Shown here piece after piece: positions 41,501 through 44,934 of a stretch of 44,934 nucleotides of DNA. The stretch lies in contig CAZDGP010000001.1 of assembly GCA_964505085.1 (NCBI GenBank), forward strand, positions 93,292-138,225. The letters run 5' to 3'. The position numbers were made by a program, and so were the translations under genes. Position 1 is the first letter of the stretch; every line of letters starts with the position of its first letter. The notes beneath the pieces are model-generated. The model searched no databases. It saw nothing but the letters and a program-made list of their open reading frames with translations, and was not told the DNA's origin. Source of the stretch: an uncultured Thermoplasmatales archaeon. Lineage in GTDB: Archaea; Thermoplasmatota; SW-10-69-26; JACQPN01; CAZDGP01.

Positions 41501-44500
41501 GGCCCGTGTAGCCCCTGTCGTTCCCGGCGGGGACCGGACGCGTGATGGGGGCGTGCCGCTCCACGTAGAAGGGGAGGTGGACGACGGTGCGGTTCCCGTC
41601 GCCCTGGAGCTCGGTGAGGTTCAGCTTGAGGTAGTAGAGCCCATCCTCGACCATCCCGCTGTCGTTCCGGAACATGGGGTTGGACCCGTCCCACAGCTCC
41701 TTGTCGTCGGCTCCCGTGGTGTTGGAGATGTCGTATGTGCCCTCCTGGGTCACGGGGAAGCCGGGGAGGTCCTTCACCGGGGTCCCGTCGGGGGTGACCA
41801 CCGTAGCGTTGAGGAAGACGGGCTCGCTCACGTTGGCTACAAGGCCAAGCTCGCAATAAACGGTTGAGGTACAAGTCTCATCCGGGTTGAAGTCCGTGGT
41901 GCGGTTGCCCTCGAGGCGGGGCAGGTGGTCGGTGGTGACGCGCACCACGTCCGTGCCGGGGTAGAACCCGTAGGGGTCGCTGGTGCGCTTGGGATCGTAG
42001 GTGGACCCGTCGGGGTTGGTGGCGCGTTCCTCGGCGGGCCCGTAGTACGCCTTCACGGTGACGAGGTGGGGGTCCACCTGTCCGTCCTCGTTGGTGTCGG
42101 TGAAGAGGTAGTTCCCCTCCTCGTCCAGGGCGTCGGTGTCCCACGTGAGGTTGTACCACGTGTCCGTGGGCTGGCCCTTGGCCTCGGCCACCGTCACACC
42201 GTTCACCACGACCTCGACCTTGCGGACGAACTCGGGGTTCTGGGGTTCGTTGAGGGCCTCCACGGCGGTGTGGAAGGAGGCGCGGATACCGCACTCGAGC
42301 GTGGTGGCGGTGTCGTAGCTTGGGCCGAGGCTCGCGCAACCCACGGTGGAGGGGCCCGCCGAGGCACCACTTGCGGGAGCCGGCGTGTCATCGTCGGCCG
42401 CGGGCTCCTCGGGGGTGTCCTCCCGTTGGGATTCACCGCGGAGGGCACCGTACTGGGCGAGGCTGTCGTCGGCGGCCTGGGCGAGCTCCTCGCCCCCGTC
42501 GAGGGTGGGGGAGAGGGCCTTGAGGAGCATGAGGACGTCGGCGCTGGCCCGGGCCGTCCGGGCTTCCTCGTACGTGGGGGCGGGGGACCCGGATGCCGAG
42601 GACCCCCCGGCGGCGAGGTCCACGGCGGTGTGGCCCGCATCGAAGGCGTCGTCGTCGGTGAAGCACGCGGCGGGGTCCACGCTGCAGGGGTGGGGGACGC
42701 CATCCACACCCAGTTGGTCGAACTCCAGCGGGACCAGGAACTGGGCACCGGACTGTCCCCCGAGGTAGGCGCTGAGGTTCTGGCTCGAGTACCGCACGGG
42801 ATCGAAGAGCGGACTGTAGAACGAGGATTCCGTGTAGAACCCGTAGAACAGGTCCATGGTGCGGTGAGTGCCCTCCTTGACCCCATCCTCGTAAGCGGTC
42901 CCGCCGTAGCCGTTCCCGTGCTCGACCAGGAAGCCACGGGTCTCATCGTGCCAGGGATCGTTGAAGCCCCCCTCATCCTCGCTTTCCGCGTTGAGGATGT
43001 GGAAGAGGCTGTCGTAGGTGTGGTGGGTGTACGTCACGCCGAAGTGCCCCGTCTCCCCCACGTCCACGTCCGTGGGGTTGGGGACCTCCACGAGGTCGCG
43101 GAGGTCCTGCACGGTCTCCACGAGCCCCGCGGCAGGACCGGAGTCGGCTGCCGTGTCAGGGGAGACGTGGAGGGGCGCGATGGCGAGGCTCCGGGCGTTG
43201 AGGAGCGTGGTGCGGTTCCCGCCGTAGGAGACGTTGAATCGGACGTTCACATCGCCGGTGTGGTCCCCGGACCCGTAGGCGGGGTCCTCCATGCGGACGC
43301 TGGGGCTCAGCAACAGGCTCGCCAGGCGCTGCACGGGCTCCCCACCCTGCTCCACCATGCTGGAGTGGAGGAGGAAGTCCACGTTGTCCACGCCCTGGGC
43401 GAGGGTGTGGTTCACCGTCCACTGCGCGTTGTTCTCGTGACCGATGCGCTGGTGGGCGTCGGGGTAGATGTCGTCGCCGAAGCCGTCGTCCACGAAGACC
43501 GCCGCGAGGCCGCGGGCGTCCACGTTGCGCCCAGCCGTCAACTGGGCCTCGTCCTCCACGTACCCGAGGCTCCGCAGGGGCACGTCGTACGTGTCGAAGC
43601 CCTCGCCGTCCACGAAGACGCCGGCGCCGATCTCGGCGTTCCTGTCGTCGGATACCTGGCCCACGTCCTGCGTCCCGTCCTGGAGGAGCGGTTGGCGCAT
43701 GTACAGCTCGTAGGAGCCCATGCTCCAGTCGCCGGCCATGTACCGGTCGGCGCCCTGGCGGTCCACGAAGATCCCGTACCCGCCGAGGGACCCGTACCCC
43801 AGGCCCCGGGTCCCGCGCTCGGTGGGGTCGGGCGCCTCGTAGACGTCGTCGCCCTCGTCATCCTGGAAGAGCCCGACGCCCAGGGTGCCATGGCCGAGAC
43901 CGCGACCGTCGAGGAGGTAGCTGTCGTCGCCGCTGAACTCGTGGAAGGTGGCGGTGGCGAGGAGCCCGAAGCCCAGGGTCCAGTTCTGCGTGTTCCTGTC
44001 GGTGTCGCCCTCCCCGAGGTACGTGTCGTCACCGCTCACGTCCACGTGCATGCTCGCGAGCTTGGGCCGCCAGTCGGGATGCCCCGTCAGGCTGTCGCCC
44101 TGGGTGGGGAGGGCGTCGGCCAGCTTGAGGACCTCCTCCCCGGGGTCCACCTCACCGTGGGTGGGGCTCAGGAGGGCGGCGGCGCCGGGGCGGTTCCGGT
44201 ACGTGTCGTCGCCGCCGAGGTCCACGCTCACGATGTAGCTGTCGGTCCAGTTGGTGGGGGTGGTGTCGCCCACGCCCAGGAGGCTGGGCACGGTGAGGAT
44301 GAAGGGGGTGCCGGCCTGGGGGTCGCTGGTCTCGTTCCAGCGCACCTGCCCCGTGTCCAGGAGGAAGCCGTCCTGCCCGGTGGTGGGGTCGTGGAGCTCC
44401 GCGTCCACGGCGATGCCGGTGCCGGGGTGCTGGTACTCCTGATTACCTACCCCATGCTCGGGGGGCGTGTACTGCCAGCCCACGCGGTACGTGCCCGTGG

Positions 44501-44934
44501 GGGGGTGCTCGATGGTGCCGGTGTGACGGATGCCCGTATCGTCACCCTGGAGGTCCACGAGGAGCCCAACACCTGGAGTGGCCGCCTTGACTTCGGATTC
44601 ATCGGAATCGTGCTCCTCCGCGATGCGGGAGAGGTCGACACCCTGCCACGTCACGTCCTCGTCACCCTCCTCGATGGCGATGCGCTCGGGCATCTCGGGC
44701 ACGACGTAGGTGTCGTTCCCGCCGTCGGCGAGGAAGAGGGCGAGGGCGCGGCTGTAGGCGGCGCCCTGGCCGTTGGCGTCGTCCTCGCGCTCGGTGAGGG
44801 TGAAGGTGTCGTTGCCCCAGCCGTCGTGGACGAAGAGCGCGACGCTCCCGGGGTTCCCGGCGTAGGCCTGGCTCTTGTTCGTGCTCGTGATCTCGTCGTT
44901 CCCGTGGGCGTCGTAGTACACGCCCACGGAGGGT
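38511..44934 (-). CDS. giant envelope protein A (at least 2140 aa, 5' end outside the window)
   Basis: The frame is open to the window edge, so the GTG at 44927 listed in the ORF track is not a real start. Architecture in order: periodic GxDxY repeat region, His/aromatic-rich segment, Ala/Asp/Pro linker, Ig-like domains ending in D-x-AGN, an OmpL47/chitobiase-like Ig domain, two FN3 domains, and a C-terminal anchor. Confidence 0.9.
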   Translation of the reverse strand, partial: PSVGVYYDAHGNDEITSTNKSQAYAGNPGSVALFVHDGWGNDTFTLTEREDDANGQGAAYSRALALFLADGGNDTYVVPEMPERIAIEEGDEDVTWQGVDLSRIAEEHDSDESEVKAATPGVGLLVDLQGDDTGIRHTGTIEHPPTGTYRVGWQYTPPEHGVGNQEYQHPGTGIAVDAELHDPTTGQDGFLLDTGQVRWNETSDPQAGTPFILTVPSLLGVGDTTPTNWTDSYIVSVDLGGDDTYRNRPGAAALLSPTHGEVDPGEEVLKLADALPTQGDSLTGHPDWRPKLASMHVDVSGDDTYLGEGDTDRNTQNWTLGFGLLATATFHEFSGDDSYLLDGRGLGHGTLGVGLFQDDEGDDVYEAPDPTERGTRGLGYGSLGGYGIFVDRQGADRYMAGDWSMGSYELYMRQPLLQDGTQDVGQVSDDRNAEIGAGVFVDGEGFDTYDVPLRSLGYVEDEAQLTAGRNVDARGLAAVFVDDGFGDDIYPDAHQRIGHENNAQWTVNHTLAQGVDNVDFLLHSSMVEQGGEPVQRLASLLLSPSVRMEDPAYGSGDHTGDVNVRFNVSYGGNRTTLLNARSLAIAPLHVSPDTAADSGPAAGLVETVQDLRDLVEVPNPTDVDVGETGHFGVTYTHHTYDSLFHILNAESEDEGGFNDPWHDETRGFLVEHGNGYGGTAYEDGVKEGTHRTMDLFYGFYTESSFYSPLFDPVRYSSQNLSAYLGGQSGAQFLVPLEFDQLGVDGVPHPCSVDPAACFTDDDAFDAGHTAVDLAAGGSSASGSPAPTYEEARTARASADVLMLLKALSPTLDGGEELAQAADDSLAQYGALRGESQREDTPEEPAADDDTPAPASGASAGPSTVGCASLGPSYDTATTLECGIRASFHTAVEALNEPQNPEFVRKVEVVVNGVTVAEAKGQPTDTWYNLTWDTDALDEEGNYLFTDTNEDGQVDPHLVTVKAYYGPAEERATNPDGSTYDPKRTSDPYGFYPGTDVVRVTTDHLPRLEGNRTTDFNPDETCTSTVYCELGLVANVSEPVFLNATVVTPDGTPVKDLPGFPVTQEGTYDISNTTGADDKELWDGSNPMFRNDSGMVEDGLYYLKLNLTELQGDGNRTVVHLPFYVERHAPITRPVPAGNDRGYTGLGHLTVDRHANGTVKTTQDAYTLDVTAEIQQRVHSPLRHHDLFVRVVDSNGAYAKEASQDLCRKNVHDFDDPLVKGDVWNTTGKGWCQVSTAHPGDLSTLNVTKKEDGRYVALDSVTLEFATAGTDRAGNVETITLASQGTRVRSATFLDTSRPVTDVNVTSSRIQEPVVDLDFEVQDGPLDHTNVEWDLLPAGSDASDVTWEPLPEDLVTSTDLNRGNVVWDPAHSDIDADPQDGDKLLLRLRAVDLAGNVEKRNQPTAQLTFDFQGPTLATTPNVTQEPHAITVNFTTLEPVPHVDALVWPADANRTQGIAYNASSYEGDTVHEVRAPGLDAQAPYRFALRMEDIAGNRGEVVLNVSTSNVLQLHPIHPVNSSILTGESTQVSWRTTNVTGDLTVTYNLTMSPDGTTNCTVPVATTEYFEGSSARRNLEFDSTDLPSTSTAVFCLAANNTLNPEDPIVLHLPAEGTVTVDNDAPTTNLTTTGTSRNGWFSGPATVSLDTTDTTPDGIRTYVSVDGSEPREYQGAFVLERDGVHEVTYWSEDRLDHVEAERVTDVRIDRTVPTGNLSLADGTTRTADRNVTLSVDVQDDHSGIDRVEVSSGTGQPTGIPGSVLRGGAVEITLPLPAGDGPKEIVAQVRDVAGNLVTLRQGVHLDTTSPSVQGLSLKEAGYTQAAIRWGTDEPSSATLRYKEAGSPAFEGQVEVTDVAANHVAVLGNLTPATDYVVELVARDALGNAGTDTLEFTTRSDGTAPGGVRDVEAEVLPSGYVDLRWEAAFDQVGIDHYVITRVAESGATTTVGTTPDTVFLDDEVAPGTRATYRVHAVDVAGNEGPASREVEVLTTTAPRFLDEGVTPAEGEPGDTYTYRLVVQDRDGDAPAFVRVFVDGEAHDMQPVDPSEDIRTGATYEYTTRLNTTTLSSGVHTYRFVASDGPHTVASHPQDDPATGPMVVSDRDEGQAGLATTVQRVVPGAGPILVVLAGAVALLFLRSRGRFQP
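38514..38597 (-). other. C-terminal anchor/sorting signal of protein A
   Basis: VPGAGP-ILVVLAGAVALLFL-RSRGRFQP: a Pro/Gly motif, a hydrophobic helix and a basic tail. Confidence 0.55.
38973..39530 (-). other. two tandem fibronectin type III domains in protein A
   Basis: Residues about 1800-1985. The first reads PSVQGLSLKEAGYTQAAIRWGTDEPSSATLRY...TPATDYVVELVARDALGN. The second reads PGGVRDVEAEVLPSGYVDLRWEAA...YVITR...TYRVHAVDVAGNEG. Confidence 0.75.
43464..44840 (-). repeat. ten copies of a periodic h-h-h-D-x-x-G-x-D-x-[YF] motif (unclassified repeat) in protein A
   Basis: The ten copies are FVHDGWGNDTF, FLADGGNDTY, LVDLQGDDTG, VSVDLGGDDTY (codons verified at 44199-44225), HVDVSGDDTY, FHEFSGDDSY, FQDDEGDDVY, FVDRQGADRY, FVDGEGFDTY and FVDDGFGDDIY. 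They lie at residues 30-488 with 25-110 aa spacing. Confidence 0.65.

Noticed and set aside
1-44934. Mobile elements, prophage or genomic-island signatures around the giant-gene cluster.
   Set aside because: No integrase, transposase, tRNA attachment site, flanking direct repeats or compositional break was seen. Codon bias in the giant genes looks the same as in the housekeeping genes.

Overview
High-GC (about two-thirds G+C by eye) archaeal chromosomal window, identified as archaeal by TBP, MCM, family-B DNA polymerase, NMD3 and the two ether-lipid prenyltransferases. All domain names below come from reading motifs in the translations. No database search was run.

Positions 1-14.4 kb are a compact housekeeping block: tbp, a TatD-like hydrolase, an NSS-family transporter preceded by a small membrane-anchored protein, DUF424+NMD3, mcm, polB, DGGGP synthase + GGGP synthase + ribose-1,5-bisphosphate isomerase, and a radical-SAM protein. 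The only large non-coding stretch is a 785-bp GC-rich spacer between polB and mcm.

Positions 14455-44934 (30.5 kb, all minus strand) form one head-to-tail gene string. It encodes four consecutive giant envelope proteins:
- A: at least 2140 aa, 5' end outside the window.
- B: 3488 aa.
- C: 1385 aa.
- D: 2044 aa.

Together these are more than 9000 aa and 27 kb, or 60% of the window. They are followed without gaps by DUF4350, DUF58 and a polytopic membrane protein. Protein D itself ends in a cytoplasmic DUF4129 domain, so the string ends in the DUF4129/DUF4350/DUF58 triad that normally accompanies a MoxR AAA+ ATPase, but no ATPase gene is present.

The giants are built from thrombospondin-type-3 Ca-binding repeats, Ig-like/CarboxypepD_reg-like repeats, CARDB/NEW3-like domains, six MAM/choice-of-anchor-J-like modules, FN3 domains and an unclassified periodic GxDxY repeat. 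A, B and C end in PGF-CTERM-like sorting or anchor signals. This operon is the main candidate for an undescribed surface system.

No rRNA, tRNA, CRISPR array, transposase or integrase was recognised. The long plus-strand ORFs opposite the big genes are codon-aligned antisense shadows.
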